The notes: generated by a model not told the origin, from the letters alone. Counted from the first letter of the whole stretch, positions 1-10,306 are shown. The stretch is DNA of 63,897 bases, filler included, from Candidatus Methanoxibalbensis ujae (GCA_026134085.1; 4 parts of 4 records of this genome joined end to end with filler, not necessarily neighbours in it), one strand, 5' to 3'. Numbers and translations are program-made.

Positions 1-121
1 CGGGTATCCGGCTTAGTTTGCATCTTCGCTGTGCATTCGCATTTCATTCGCATGATCGTATGCATGTTGTCCGAAATAAGGTGAAAATCAATTCGCCATT
101 CAAATGTGAGGACTATACATT

Positions 122-1141
122 TCACTCAGCGTAAAGTGTTCTGAAGTTCAGCTCAGCGATGAGATCGCGTGTTGCCATTCTGACAGCTTCTTCAGCGTTT
201 AACCTCGGTCTCCAGCCGAGCGCACGCAATTCCGAGGAATCCAGAAGCATCACGGGCACATCGCCCTTCCATCCCCGCCTGCCTCCTGTGAACCTGAATT
301 TCGGGTTCAATCCGAGCTCCTCACTCACAATCTCAGCGATCCTGCGCACGCTGACAGTATCTTCAGTGCCTATATTGAACACTTTTGCAACTCCTTCCTC
401 GTCAGGTTCATCAGAGCTATCAGAGCTGTTGCACTCATGCTTCAGGTTCTCAATTGCGTTAAGCCCGAAGAACATCGCATCCACACAGTCATCCACATAA
501 ATATATGATTTTGTCTGAGTTCCATCACCGAGGATCTCAAGCTCATGCGGATTTCTACTGAGTTTCATTATGAAGTCATATATAACGCCATGCCTTGACC
601 TCCTTCCAACCACATTTGCAAACCTGTATATGACGGCTTTCATACCGAAAGTGTGGCAATAAGCTGATATCATCGCTTCGCATGCGAGTTTTGAGGCTCC
701 GTACAGAGAGATCGGCATCAGAGGTCCATAATCCTCAGGAGTGGGAATTCTGAGAGCTTCTCCATATACAGTGGATGTTGATGTGAACACCATTAGAGGC
801 ACATCACACTCTCTCATAGCCTCAAGGACCCGGTGTGTCACGATTATATTCTGCTCAAGATGTATCCTCGTATCCTCAGCGCCAACACGCACCTCAGGAT
901 TTGCTGCGAGATGCCAAACTGTATGCACATGCTCAAAAAATCTGCTCAAATCTTCATGCAGGAGGTCTGTGTTGTGAAATTCAAATTTTCTGTCGCTCAA
1001 ATGTTCGTTCAGAAATGAGATGTCTCCAGCGCTCAGGTTGTCGAGCACAATCACCTCATACCCCTTCTCCATCAACCTGTCAACGACATGCGAGCCTATG
1101 AACCCGGCTCCACCCGTAACGAGAACTCTTCCTTCTCGCAT
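122..1141 (-). CDS. NAD-dependent epimerase/dehydratase (UDP-glucose 4-epimerase-like extended SDR)
   Basis: N-terminal VTGGAGFIGSH Rossmann motif, STS(T)VYG, YGASK (YxxxK) catalytic motif. Confidence 0.9.
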   Translation of the reverse strand: MREGRVLVTGGAGFIGSHVVDRLMEKGYEVIVLDNLSAGDISFLNEHLSDRKFEFHNTDLLHEDLSRFFEHVHTVWHLAANPEVRVGAEDTRIHLEQNIIVTHRVLEAMRECDVPLMVFTSTSTVYGEALRIPTPEDYGPLMPISLYGASKLACEAMISAYCHTFGMKAVIYRFANVVGRRSRHGVIYDFIMKLSRNPHELEILGDGTQTKSYIYVDDCVDAMFFGLNAIENLKHECNSSDSSDEPDEEGVAKVFNIGTEDTVSVRRIAEIVSEELGLNPKFRFTGGRRGWKGDVPVMLLDSSELRALGWRPRLNAEEAVRMATRDLIAELNFRTLYAE

Positions 1142-1251
1142 CTCACTCCAGCCTCGCTTTCCCCTTCGCTTTCACCCTCGCCTTCACATGTGGCCGAAAC
1201 TGTGTTATAATTGGAAATCCAAAAAGGAAAAAGGGAGGAGGTGATTGTGGA

Positions 1252-1623
1252 ATGGTTGCGATAACAAAGTCAAAACAACCGAGAAAGCAGAGGAAGGCTC
1301 GCTTCAACGCGCCTCTCCACAGGCGACATAAGTTTGTGAGCGCGATGCTTGATTATTCGTTGCGTGAGAAATACGGAAGGCGCAGCTTTCCGCTGCGGAA
1401 GGGGGATGTTGTCAGGATAATGCGTGGCGATGACAGGGGACATGAGGGAAAGGTTCTCTCAGTTGATCTGAAGCGAGAGCGCATCACAGTGGAGGGTGTT
1501 GTGGTGGTGAGATCTGACCTCTCAGAAGTGCCAAAGCCCATACATCCTTCAAATGTGAAGATCGTGAAACTTGACCTCAAGGACAGACGCAGGGAGGAAG
1601 CGCTGCTCAGAGGAACTTCATGA
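1252..1623 (+). CDS. rpl24: 50S ribosomal protein L24 (uL24, archaeal)
   Basis: SKQPRKQRK...APLH, KOW motif RKGDVVRIMRGD, PIHPSNV; GGAGGTGA RBS upstream. Confidence 0.95.
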   Translation: MVAITKSKQPRKQRKARFNAPLHRRHKFVSAMLDYSLREKYGRRSFPLRKGDVVRIMRGDDRGHEGKVLSVDLKRERITVEGVVVVRSDLSEVPKPIHPSNVKIVKLDLKDRRREEALLRGTS

Positions 1624-1649
1624 TCAGAGCGGGAGGAGCGGCGGGAAAT

Positions 1650-2321
1650 ATGATCATCGCATTGACAGGGACTCCCGGTGTGGGGAAGACAAGTGTGTGC
1701 GCATGTCTGAAGAGGATGCGCTTCTCATCGCCTCTCAATATAATTGATCTGAACGAAATCATACGCAAGCGATATCATCGCGGATACGACAGGAAAAGGC
1801 ACTGCTTCATCGCGGATATGAGGAGGCTGAGAACACATGTGCGCGGAGAACACAGACGCATGATGCACAACGTGCAGCGTGATGATCCCGAGAGAAGCAG
1901 GCGTTACAGATGTGTTCTGCTGCTGGATGGTCATTTATCTCATCTTTTGCGACCGGACATTGCCATCGTTCTGCGTGCATCTCCGCCAGAACTTGCCAGG
2001 AGGCTTATTAAAAAGGGATTTGAACCTCACAAAATAGATGAAAATGTGCATGCTGAGGTTCTTGATGTGATACTCATAGAGGCAGTTGAGCGTTGCAAAG
2101 TGGTCTATGAGATAGACACAACCGACATGTGCGTTGAGGATGTTGCGGATGTCGTGCATCAGATAATTGAAACTGAGATTGCATGCGCCTCAAACAACGG
2201 AATGCGTGAGATCTGTGAGATGCGTGAGAGATATGCGCCTGGCAGCGTTGACTGGAGTGGATGGGATTGGAGCGGATGGAGCGGACATGACTGCGGATGC
2301 GCTTTTCAGAAATTTCATTGA
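1650..2321 (+). CDS. AK6/Fap7-type adenylate kinase
   Basis: IALTGTPGVGKT P-loop, DGHLSH, EIDTT, C-terminal VDW; ATG at 1650 preferred over 1620. Confidence 0.88.
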   Translation: MIIALTGTPGVGKTSVCACLKRMRFSSPLNIIDLNEIIRKRYHRGYDRKRHCFIADMRRLRTHVRGEHRRMMHNVQRDDPERSRRYRCVLLLDGHLSHLLRPDIAIVLRASPPELARRLIKKGFEPHKIDENVHAEVLDVILIEAVERCKVVYEIDTTDMCVEDVADVVHQIIETEIACASNNGMREICEMRERYAPGSVDWSGWDWSGWSGHDCGCAFQKFH

Positions 2322-2925
2322 GCGAAATGCGTATGCTGAAAGGATTGCTATATCACTTGCAAGGCGAGGATTCACGCCAAACATTCTCTCATTGCTTGCA
2401 CTTTTAACAGCTGCACTGTCTGGTGTTTTTTTTGCAGCATCCAGATCATCTGCGAAGTTCAATCTGACACTGCTGATTGCCGGGATTTTTGTGGCTCTGA
2501 ACGCATTTTTTGACATGTTTGACGGCATTTTAGCGCGCGCAACTCATAATACAACGAGAAAAGGTGATTTTCTTGAGCATGTTTTCGACAGATATTCAGA
2601 TGTTTTCATAATAATTGGGATAATCATGGGCGGGCACGTGAGATGGGATATTGGCGCTGTTGCGATGATTGGAGTTCTCCTTTCATCATATGTTGGCGTT
2701 CAGGCGCAGGCTGTCGGGTTGCATCGCGTTTATGGAGGAGTTCTCGGCAGGGCTGACAGGCTGCTGATAATAATTGGTGCCACGATTTTCAACGCATTCC
2801 ACAGCGAGCCCATAATTTCTCCTTTCGGTGAGCTCACACCGCTCGGTTTGATTGTGGTGGTTATCGCATTTCTCTCCCATCTCACCGCCATCCAGCGGTT
2901 CATATATGCGTGGAGAATGCTTTAG
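2287..2925 (+). CDS. CDP-alcohol phosphatidyltransferase (archaetidylinositol-phosphate synthase-like)
   Basis: TPN, DMFDGILAR...G.FL..VFDRYSD signature, hydrophobic helices; start uncertain. Confidence 0.88.
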   Translation: MTADALFRNFIERNAYAERIAISLARRGFTPNILSLLALLTAALSGVFFAASRSSAKFNLTLLIAGIFVALNAFFDMFDGILARATHNTTRKGDFLEHVFDRYSDVFIIIGIIMGGHVRWDIGAVAMIGVLLSSYVGVQAQAVGLHRVYGGVLGRADRLLIIIGATIFNAFHSEPIISPFGELTPLGLIVVVIAFLSHLTAIQRFIYAWRML

Positions 2926-3110
2926 CTCATTCAATTCAGTGAAAATAAAAAATAAACAATGAAAATAAGGAAAGTGAGACGGTGCAGACTGTGCAGGTGA
3001 GAGGTGTAATGATGTTATGTGAGGTTATGATGCCAAAAATGATGGGCTTTGAATTCAGGGTCGCACCCGGATCGCTCACATGCTCATCTCAGTTTTTCCC
3101 TGAGGTTTTG

Positions 3111-3426
3111 TTAAAGGTTAATCCCCCTTTCTAAATCGGTCTTAAAGGATGGATGATCAATTTTCGTAACGAATTTAATTACTAAGGGGAGGTCTCCCAC
3201 CTCAATCCTGAACCTCCTGCTCCAGCTTGTGCATCCAAACAATTCACAGACATCGCATCTTTCCCCACTTCTATGGGTATCTTCCTTCAGAAGTGGGATC
3301 ACAAGCATAACCACCAAATCCTCCAACCAAAGCTTCATACATCTGAGAGAACCAACCGGTTTCCTTGATTTTGCCGCATTTCCTATCAACATCTCCAGTC
3401 AAAATTGGCGTTTTAACTCTTTCATA
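3111..3426 (-). pseudogene. cmr1: Degraded CRISPR type III-B RAMP protein Cmr1 (N-terminal part)
   Basis: Across frames reads KTPILTGDVDRKCGKIKETG...YEALVGGFGGYACDPTSEGR*...CDVCELFGCTSWSRRFRIEV, the typical Cmr1 N-terminus, broken by indels and a stop. Confidence 0.8.
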
Positions 3427-3769
3427 CCTGAGCACCCACAAGATAGTCTGTTATTTTATCTATTTATTATTTTATTATATAAAATCCTGTATTCCAATTC
3501 CTTTTTTCCTCTAACTTTTTCTTCTGTTCCCTGTCATTTGCACTTTTTCGTTTCAAGTTCTTCAATTCTTTCTCTGTGCAATTTTTAATCTTACCTCTTC
3601 ATTTAACGAATGCTCAAAATCTATTGCAGTTATTTTCTCTCTGTTCACCAACACACTTCCTATATAATTTTATCAGGGTTCAGCATAATTTTCCCATTTT
3701 TTACCTCATAGGCTCCGCAACTCTGCATTGCATGAGCATCTGAATCACAAAACAAAATACACCAGCAAC

Positions 3770-5050
3770 CTAAGTGCGACGACGCTTTCGCATCACGAAA
3801 AACAGAACAGCCATCATGACAGAAGCGATCGCTGCGATGGCAAAGACAGGCATTTGCGATGGGGTTTCATCAGGCTCTTCCACGAAAATTCTCACATCAT
3901 AGGGCGGGGTCTCATATAATCTTCCCGTTGTATCTCTGAAGCGCAGTTTGAACTTCAGCGTGTTCTCTCCCGTTCCAAGCGTCTCTGAATACACTGTGAA
4001 TGATGCTGAAAAGACATCACCCGCATTCATATCACCGATAAAGCTCTCGGACGGCAGTATTCTCACATCGGGCGCGCAATGAACGACGCTGACAGCACTT
4101 ATCGGCTTTTCCATTCCGTTGGCAACATCAAATTCTATTCTGACATGCTCTCCTCGCTTCACGGATGCAGGAGCATGAACGAGTATCAAATGCACATCCA
4201 GCACATCTCTCAGAAGCACATTCGCCTCAACTGTGCTTTTGTGCTCGTTATCTCCGTTTTTGTAGGAAGCCTCAAACACAATCCTCTTTGTCTCTGCAGC
4301 AGCATTTGTGCCGTGACATACCGCAGAAATTGTGAAATTTACGGATTTCCTCTCGTATTTCCCGATATTTCCTATGAAAACGCGCTCAGGTGTGATCTCA
4401 ATGCATTCATCCGATGTCACAGATATGCACACTCCTGAAAGAGAGCTCGGGCGGTTGTTGGCCACTGTAAGACGGATTTCTTTCGCCTCACCGGGCGATA
4501 TCTCAGGAGGAATTTCCTCAAAAATCATGTTCAGCGCACTGCTGTCCACGCGCACAGGGACTGGAAAACGCACATCCTTTCCCTTCTCAACATCAACTGA
4601 GACAATCGGAAAATATGTGGCATCCCTGCAGAAACTCCTCACACGCACGGGAAAAGATATGCTTATGCTCTCTCCGGGACCAAGTGCACCGATGTTGCGG
4701 TATTCGCTGATGCGTCCTGTGTGTGCTTCAATCCATTCAACGCAATCTCCGCCGCTGATGAGCCGCACGCATTCTATCTCCTCACTTCCAGTGGAAGTAT
4801 ATGTTGTTCGTGTGTATCCTCCACCGTATCCCGGACGATAATTCTCCTCGGTAGCTGAAGACTGCGTTGCGGTGTTTTTAAGCGTAACTGTGATTATGCC
4901 CTCATCTCCCGGAAAGAAAACAGCAGGCTCAACATCATAACTTACAACCGCCACCGCAGCCATCTCCTCAGCCATGCCATACGCAGCACTCACGAGGATC
5001 ACAGCAGCAACAGCAAAACAACAGAGTGTTGTTCTCATCCCCCCTTTCAT
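3770..5050 (-). CDS. COG1361-type S-layer-domain/Ig-fold cell-surface protein with C-terminal TM anchor
   Basis: Signal peptide, EPAVFFPGD.G.ITVTLKN, repeated IGxL/MxxG beta-sandwich motifs, C-terminal TM plus RKRRR. Confidence 0.7.
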   Translation of the reverse strand: MKGGMRTTLCCFAVAAVILVSAAYGMAEEMAAVAVVSYDVEPAVFFPGDEGIITVTLKNTATQSSATEENYRPGYGGGYTRTTYTSTGSEEIECVRLISGGDCVEWIEAHTGRISEYRNIGALGPGESISISFPVRVRSFCRDATYFPIVSVDVEKGKDVRFPVPVRVDSSALNMIFEEIPPEISPGEAKEIRLTVANNRPSSLSGVCISVTSDECIEITPERVFIGNIGKYERKSVNFTISAVCHGTNAAAETKRIVFEASYKNGDNEHKSTVEANVLLRDVLDVHLILVHAPASVKRGEHVRIEFDVANGMEKPISAVSVVHCAPDVRILPSESFIGDMNAGDVFSASFTVYSETLGTGENTLKFKLRFRDTTGRLYETPPYDVRIFVEEPDETPSQMPVFAIAAIASVMMAVLFFVMRKRRRT

Positions 5051-5106
5051 TTCAGCCGCATCATTATTAAAGGGAAGTGAGAAGGAATTGCAGGATGAAA
5101 TGGATT

Positions 5107-5155
5107 GCTGAATGATGCCGAATGATGCCGAATGATGCCGAATGATGCTGAATGA
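5107..5155 (+). repeat. 10-nt tandem repeat (AATGATGCCG)x3 plus variants
   Basis: Directly visible in the intergenic region. Confidence 0.9.
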
Positions 5156-5194
5156 AAATGAAATGATAAAATGAAGGGAATGGGAGGAATAATT

Positions 5195-6187
5195 ATGGAG
5201 GATCTGAGCGACAATCTGAGAAGATATGTTGAGATGATTGAGCGAGCGTGGTGGGAGCGTCTGAAAAGCAGGGAGCCATCACCCACCCTGTATGAGCCCA
5301 TAAAAGACATTCTCGGCAGAGGAGGAAAGAGGTTGAGACCATGTCTCTGCATGCTGAGCTGCGAGTTTGTGGGCGGTGATGCTGCGGATGCGCTGCCAAC
5401 TGCACTTGGGATTGAGCTTTTTCACAATTTCTCGCTTGTCCACGATGACATAGAGGACGGAAGCAGATTGAGGCGTGGTCAGCCAACGCTTCACATAAAA
5501 TACGGGCTGCCTGTCGCAGTGAATGCGGGAGATGCGCTTTTCGCACTGTGTTTTGATGTGCTCTGCGAGAACGAGCGATTGCTGGGTGTTGAACGTGCAT
5601 GGAGGATTTTCCGCGAGATCGCAGCGCTCAGCGTCACACTCGCAGAGGGACAGGCGCTCGACATTCTTTTCAAACAGACCATGCGGATGAGCGTTGAGGA
5701 TGTCATTGAGATTCTGCACAAGAAAACAGCAAGACTTTTCGCTGTATCAGCGAAGTGCGGTGCTATCGCAGGCGGCGCTCCCGACGACATCACATCAAAA
5801 CTCGGCAATGCATGGGAACACATAGGCATCGCATTCCAGATAAGAGATGATGTGCTCAACCTGAAAGGCTCCGAGGAAGAATATGGGAAACGCATAGGCG
5901 AGGACATATATGAGGGAAAACCAACACTCATCATCGTCCACTGCCTGGCTCGCTGCAACGCATCTGAACGCAGAGAAATCATGAAATGCCTCGGAAATTA
6001 CGATAAAGAAGCAATTGAAAACGCAATTCGCATATTTGAAAAGCATCACTCAATAGAATATGCGGAAAAATGCGCAGAGAAATACCTTCAGGAAGGTCTG
6101 AAAATTCTGAATAAGACAGAAGGAAATGAAGAAATGAGGCAGAATATGATCGCACTGGCTGAATTCTTCGTCGAGCGCATGAAATGA
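5195..6187 (+). CDS. Short-chain polyprenyl diphosphate synthase (GGPP synthase, IdsA-like)
   Basis: GGKRLRP, FARM HNFSLVHDDIED with Phe at -5, SARM FQIRDD; GGAGGA RBS before ATG 5195. Confidence 0.88.
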   Translation: MEDLSDNLRRYVEMIERAWWERLKSREPSPTLYEPIKDILGRGGKRLRPCLCMLSCEFVGGDAADALPTALGIELFHNFSLVHDDIEDGSRLRRGQPTLHIKYGLPVAVNAGDALFALCFDVLCENERLLGVERAWRIFREIAALSVTLAEGQALDILFKQTMRMSVEDVIEILHKKTARLFAVSAKCGAIAGGAPDDITSKLGNAWEHIGIAFQIRDDVLNLKGSEEEYGKRIGEDIYEGKPTLIIVHCLARCNASERREIMKCLGNYDKEAIENAIRIFEKHHSIEYAEKCAEKYLQEGLKILNKTEGNEEMRQNMIALAEFFVERMK

Positions 6188-6277
6188 GGTTGCGGTCGCA
6201 GGGGTGTGGCAAACCGCCAGACTGCAGCTGGCCATGCGGCTGATGGGAGATATGAGCTGGCGGGTGATAGGAGCAAG

Positions 6278-6292
6278 CGATTTATATATAAG
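6278..6292 (+). promoter_or_regulatory. TATA box of the tRNA-Asp gene
   Basis: TTTATATATAA about 25-35 nt upstream of the tRNA 5' end, preceded by purine-rich BRE-like sequence. Confidence 0.65.
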
Positions 6293-6315
6293 GAGCATTA
6301 TGATAATGATGATGT

Positions 6316-6388
6316 GCCCGGGTGGTGTAGTGGCCTATCATGGAGCCCTGTCGAGGCTCCGACTCGGGTTCAAATCCCGACCTGGGCG
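6316..6388 (+). tRNA. tRNA-Asp (GUC)
   Basis: Acceptor GCCCGGG/CCTGGGC, D-arm GGTGTAGTGGCCTATC, anticodon arm GAGCC-CTGTCGA-GGCTC, T-loop GTTCAAATC; CCA not encoded. Confidence 0.97.
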
Positions 6389-6424
6389 CTTTTTGCGATA
6401 TCAATTGGAGAGGAGTCTGTGGCG

Positions 6425-7417
6425 ATGAGGAGGTTGGGGCTCTTCATACGGATGTCGGTAAGTGTGATGCTGCTTTTCGCGCTGATATACGGGGTTCTTG
6501 CGTTGATCACAACGCTCCTGATGGGCGTGAGTGCTGTGCTTTTTGTGGTGCTCGCGCTGCTCGCTGCTATTATTGTGATCATGCAGTTTTTCATAGGACC
6601 GAAAATAGTTGAGATGACGATGCGCGTCCGCTATGTGACTGAGAATGAGTATCCCGAACTGCACTTCATGGTGGAGGACATTGCGATGAAGGCCGGCATC
6701 CCAAAGCCAAAGGTGGGGATTTCAGAGATACCGATACCGAACGCATTTGCATTTGGCACTTCAAAGCGAAATGCGCGCGTATGTGTGACGAGGAAGCTGA
6801 TGCAGATGCTTGACAGAGATGAGCTTGAAGGTGTTCTCGCACATGAGATATCACATATAAAGCACAGGGACATGGCTGTCATCACCGCGCTCAGTGTCAT
6901 ACCGATGATATGTTACTTCGTCTACATCTGGTTCCTCTGGTCGGGCATGCTGGGAGGCATGGGCGGCGAAAGGAGGGAGAACTCAGGCGCTGTCATGCTT
7001 GCGGTGGCCTTTATAGCGTTTCTTGCATATTTCATCAGCAATCTCATACTGCTCTGGGTATCTCGCATCCGTGAGTTCTACGCAGACGCGGGAAGCGCTG
7101 AGATAACGAGGAAGCCGCATGCACTCGCATCCGCCCTCTACAAGATAATCTACGGTAACGCGGTCGCTCCATCTGATAAGCTCAAAAAGGAGGTGGGGAG
7201 CATGCGTGCTTTCTTTGCAGCTGATCCGCTCAGCGCGAAGCGTGACCTCAGAGATCTGAGACAGGCTGATATTGACAGAAACGGTCGCATAGATGAATAT
7301 GAGCTCCGTGAGTTCGCCGCTCGTGCGAAGATAAGCATGAGTGAGCGGATCATGGAGATATTTTCAACCCATCCTCACCCCGTCAGCCGTGTGAAGAGGC
7401 TTGCTGACTTCGCATGA
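6425..7417 (+). CDS. htpX: Zinc metalloprotease HtpX (M48)
   Basis: PNAFAFG, HEISH (HExxH), SRIREFYAD, STHP; start reassigned to ATG 6425, downstream of the tRNA. Confidence 0.92.
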   Translation: MRRLGLFIRMSVSVMLLFALIYGVLALITTLLMGVSAVLFVVLALLAAIIVIMQFFIGPKIVEMTMRVRYVTENEYPELHFMVEDIAMKAGIPKPKVGISEIPIPNAFAFGTSKRNARVCVTRKLMQMLDRDELEGVLAHEISHIKHRDMAVITALSVIPMICYFVYIWFLWSGMLGGMGGERRENSGAVMLAVAFIAFLAYFISNLILLWVSRIREFYADAGSAEITRKPHALASALYKIIYGNAVAPSDKLKKEVGSMRAFFAADPLSAKRDLRDLRQADIDRNGRIDEYELREFAARAKISMSERIMEIFSTHPHPVSRVKRLADFA

Positions 7418-7490
7418 GCGTCGTGAATGAGGCTTTGCAAAAATTGAGTATTGCGAAAATTGAGTATTATATGAGATCCTATATTCAAAC

Positions 7491-7898
7491 ATGGATGAAG
7501 AAGGCAGACGGCCCTCACTGCCCACAATGGATCCTGGAATGCTGATTGATATGAGTAATGAGCTCCTCGCTATGGGCGAATACGAAAAGGCGATAGACCT
7601 CCTCAAAAATCTCATCGCAAATGAGAAACGCCGCACATTTCTCGCAAAAGCTTACAACAGCTGCGGCGTCGCATATGCTGAGCTCGGCGATTATGATAAG
7701 GCAGTTGAATACTTTGAGAAAGCAATAGAACTGCGCAGATATCTCGTCGACTTCGGCGCCAGAACATACTCAAACCTCGCCCGCGTGTATGAACTCATGG
7801 GAAATGAGAAAAAAGCAAGAGAGTGCAGGGAGAAATGTGAGATACTACGGGAGGAACTCCACCACTGCTGGGTGACAATGAGCGACACGCTTGAGTGA
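7491..7898 (+). CDS. Tetratricopeptide repeat protein
   Basis: AYNSCGVAYAELGDYDKAVEYFEKAIEL TPR consensus plus a second repeat. Confidence 0.8.
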   Translation: MDEEGRRPSLPTMDPGMLIDMSNELLAMGEYEKAIDLLKNLIANEKRRTFLAKAYNSCGVAYAELGDYDKAVEYFEKAIELRRYLVDFGARTYSNLARVYELMGNEKKARECREKCEILREELHHCWVTMSDTLE

Positions 7899-8078
7899 TT
7901 CTCCACAGTGCTCCACAGCACTGACTCCACTCTCCACTCCACAGCACTGACTCCGCATCCATACTTCGCAGTGTTCAGCTCTTTTATACATATAATGCAT
8001 AATTTCACATTTGATAATTATTTTCAGTAAATGTTTCAAATTTTTTGATTTATTGTTGTTTGTTGTTTATTGATACTG

Positions 8079-9251
8079 TCATTGTTTATTGATGTTGTGT
8101 TGACGGGTTATTCTGATAGCTTTCATCAGAACGGTTATGTGGCGGCAGAGGCTTTTGTGGACTCTGTATTTGTGCTCTTCAAGCACATGAAGCTGAGGCA
8201 CATCGCCTTCAGATGCTGTGAGAGGTGCGTTTGATATGATGACCGCGGTCCTGCGTGGCTTGAGCACTCGCGAAATCTCCTCCATTGCAGATGACCACAG
8301 CAGAGATGCCGCTGTCTTTTTTGTTTTTGCTGCCTCATGCTGCAATGAGACAAACGACGGTAATGAGACGAATGATGACCTTCCGTAAGGCATGTCAGCC
8401 ACGATGGCATCTGCACTTTCATCTCTGAAGGGCATTTTCAACGCATCTCCCACTATGAGATCGGCGTTCAACCCGTATGAGCGAAGGTTCTGCCGCGAGC
8501 CTCTCGCCATTTCATCCATGATGTCCATGCCGACAGCGCGAACGCCTATTGAAGAGGCTTCCATCAATATCCCGCCAGTCCCACAGAAGGGGTCTATGAG
8601 AACTTCCCCCTCCCGGACGCGGCTGAGATTCACAACGACGCGTGCGAGCTTGGGCGACATAGTCACCGGACGACAAAAGGGTCGCATGTGCGGGCGCCTT
8701 CTCTGAAACTGCTTCTTGTCCACAGATGCGGCGAGAACGCAGAGAAAAACACGAGTTTCGGTCAGCAATATCACGAATGTCACAGCTGGCTTTTTCAGAT
8801 CAACGCGCAGCCATCTGCACTTCTTCTTCAAAAATGCCCCCATCTCCCGCTCGGCATCTGCTGAGCTGCATTTATCGCTGCGGCTCATTCCAAATCTCAT
8901 AGCCCTCACCGCAAAAGATGCGCTTCTGGCGCTGAACGCTGTTGTGAACAATGAGGTCAACAAACTCTCAATATCCGCTTCATCCACAACTTCAGACAGT
9001 GCAGCAACTGTTTTTTTCACATCCCCCTCATGAGCGCACTCACCGAGTATCAGAAGTATGTGATGAGTCATTCCAAGTCTGCCGGCGAGGATGTGCGCGA
9101 TGCTGAAATCCGCATTGTGCAGATCAAAAACAAGCAAGCCTCGCTCGTGCATGATCTCTGTGAAACGGACTTTGAGTGCATCGAGACACGCTATGACCTC
9201 GGCTTTTGGCAGCGTCTCATGCTCCTTTGAAATCAGAAAGGCGAAACGCAT
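8079..9251 (-). CDS. tRNA (guanine(10)-N2)-methyltransferase, THUMP + MTase (Trm11/TrmG10)
   Basis: SKEHETLPKAEV N-terminus, RRPHMRPF, LIDPFCGTGG, DMPYG, RVHKSLCRHI. Confidence 0.88.
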   Translation of the reverse strand: MRFAFLISKEHETLPKAEVIACLDALKVRFTEIMHERGLLVFDLHNADFSIAHILAGRLGMTHHILLILGECAHEGDVKKTVAALSEVVDEADIESLLTSLFTTAFSARSASFAVRAMRFGMSRSDKCSSADAEREMGAFLKKKCRWLRVDLKKPAVTFVILLTETRVFLCVLAASVDKKQFQRRRPHMRPFCRPVTMSPKLARVVVNLSRVREGEVLIDPFCGTGGILMEASSIGVRAVGMDIMDEMARGSRQNLRSYGLNADLIVGDALKMPFRDESADAIVADMPYGRSSFVSLPSFVSLQHEAAKTKKTAASLLWSSAMEEISRVLKPRRTAVIISNAPLTASEGDVPQLHVLEEHKYRVHKSLCRHITVLMKAIRITRQHNINKQ

Positions 9252-9279
9252 TTTTTTTAATCTGAGGTAACAGAACTAA

Positions 9280-10197
9280 ATGCCTCCGTCGTGTATGGAA
9301 AAGCTGAATCGTCTGAGGGAAGAGATAGCCGACAGAAGGAGACTGCTCATAGCATATTCCGGCGGAGTTGACAGCGGACTGCTGCTGAAGGTGGCGTGTG
9401 ATGTGCTTGAGCGTGAAAATGTGCTTGCTGTAACATTTGACTCTGAAGTGGTGCCAAGGAGCGAGCTGATATTCGCACGAGAATTCGCATCATACCTGAA
9501 CGCGCAGCACAAGATCGTGAAGTTCTCGTGGCTTGAGAGGAAGAGACTTGTGGAGAACTCGCCCAACAGATGCTTCTTCTGCAAACTTGCATTATCGCGA
9601 ATTCTCAAGGACATCGCTGCCGAACATGGTTTTGATGTGATCGCGGATGGCGCAACATTAAGCGATGTGAGACGCCCCGGCATGAGGGCGTCCTCTATAT
9701 GGCATCCATTCGTTGATGTGAAAATAACAAAAGACGAGGTGCGGGAGATCGCGAGAATGTTGAACATGCCGTTCTGGGATAAGCCGCCAATGTCGTGTCT
9801 CGCGACAAGAGTTCAATACGGAATGCGAATATCCTCAGACCTCCTTCGGAAAATAGAGCATGCAGAGTCTTTCATTCGTGGCAAGGGATTCTCACAGGTG
9901 AGAGTCAGAATACATGATATGTCACATGCATCCGGCAGCACCCTGAACAGCAGCACTGTGGGAAAAGCAGACAGAAACGGAAGCAAAAAAGCAGCCGGAG
10001 AAAACACCACAGCTCTGCTTGCAAGGATAGAAATAGACAGGGAGGATCTGTGCAAGTTTGATATGAAAATCGCATGCGAAGTGTGTGAAGAACTCAAAAG
10101 TCTCGGATTCCTCTTCGTCACACTTGACCTTGAGGGCTACCGAAGCGGAAGCATGGATGCTCCACTTGACAGCTGCAGACACCACAGCAGAGAATAA
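9280..10197 (+). CDS. larE: ATP-dependent sulfur transferase LarE family
   Basis: AYSGGVDS PP-loop, RCFFCK, RPG, SCLATR, RVR, VTLDLEGYRSGSM. Confidence 0.88.
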   Translation: MPPSCMEKLNRLREEIADRRRLLIAYSGGVDSGLLLKVACDVLERENVLAVTFDSEVVPRSELIFAREFASYLNAQHKIVKFSWLERKRLVENSPNRCFFCKLALSRILKDIAAEHGFDVIADGATLSDVRRPGMRASSIWHPFVDVKITKDEVREIARMLNMPFWDKPPMSCLATRVQYGMRISSDLLRKIEHAESFIRGKGFSQVRVRIHDMSHASGSTLNSSTVGKADRNGSKKAAGENTTALLARIEIDREDLCKFDMKIACEVCEELKSLGFLFVTLDLEGYRSGSMDAPLDSCRHHSRE

Positions 10198-10306
10198 AGC
10201 GGGAGCGCACTGCCAGTGATGCCAGAAACGGATAATAACGGATAACAGATGAATTGAGCGGAGGAAAGAAGAAAAAGAAGAAAAAAGAAGAGAGGTGTGG
10301 TGAGTG

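Noticed and set aside
6206..6424. 73-aa N-terminal extension of HtpX in the ORF track
   Set aside because: It overlaps tRNA-Asp and its promoter; ATG 6425 has an RBS and gives a normal HtpX.
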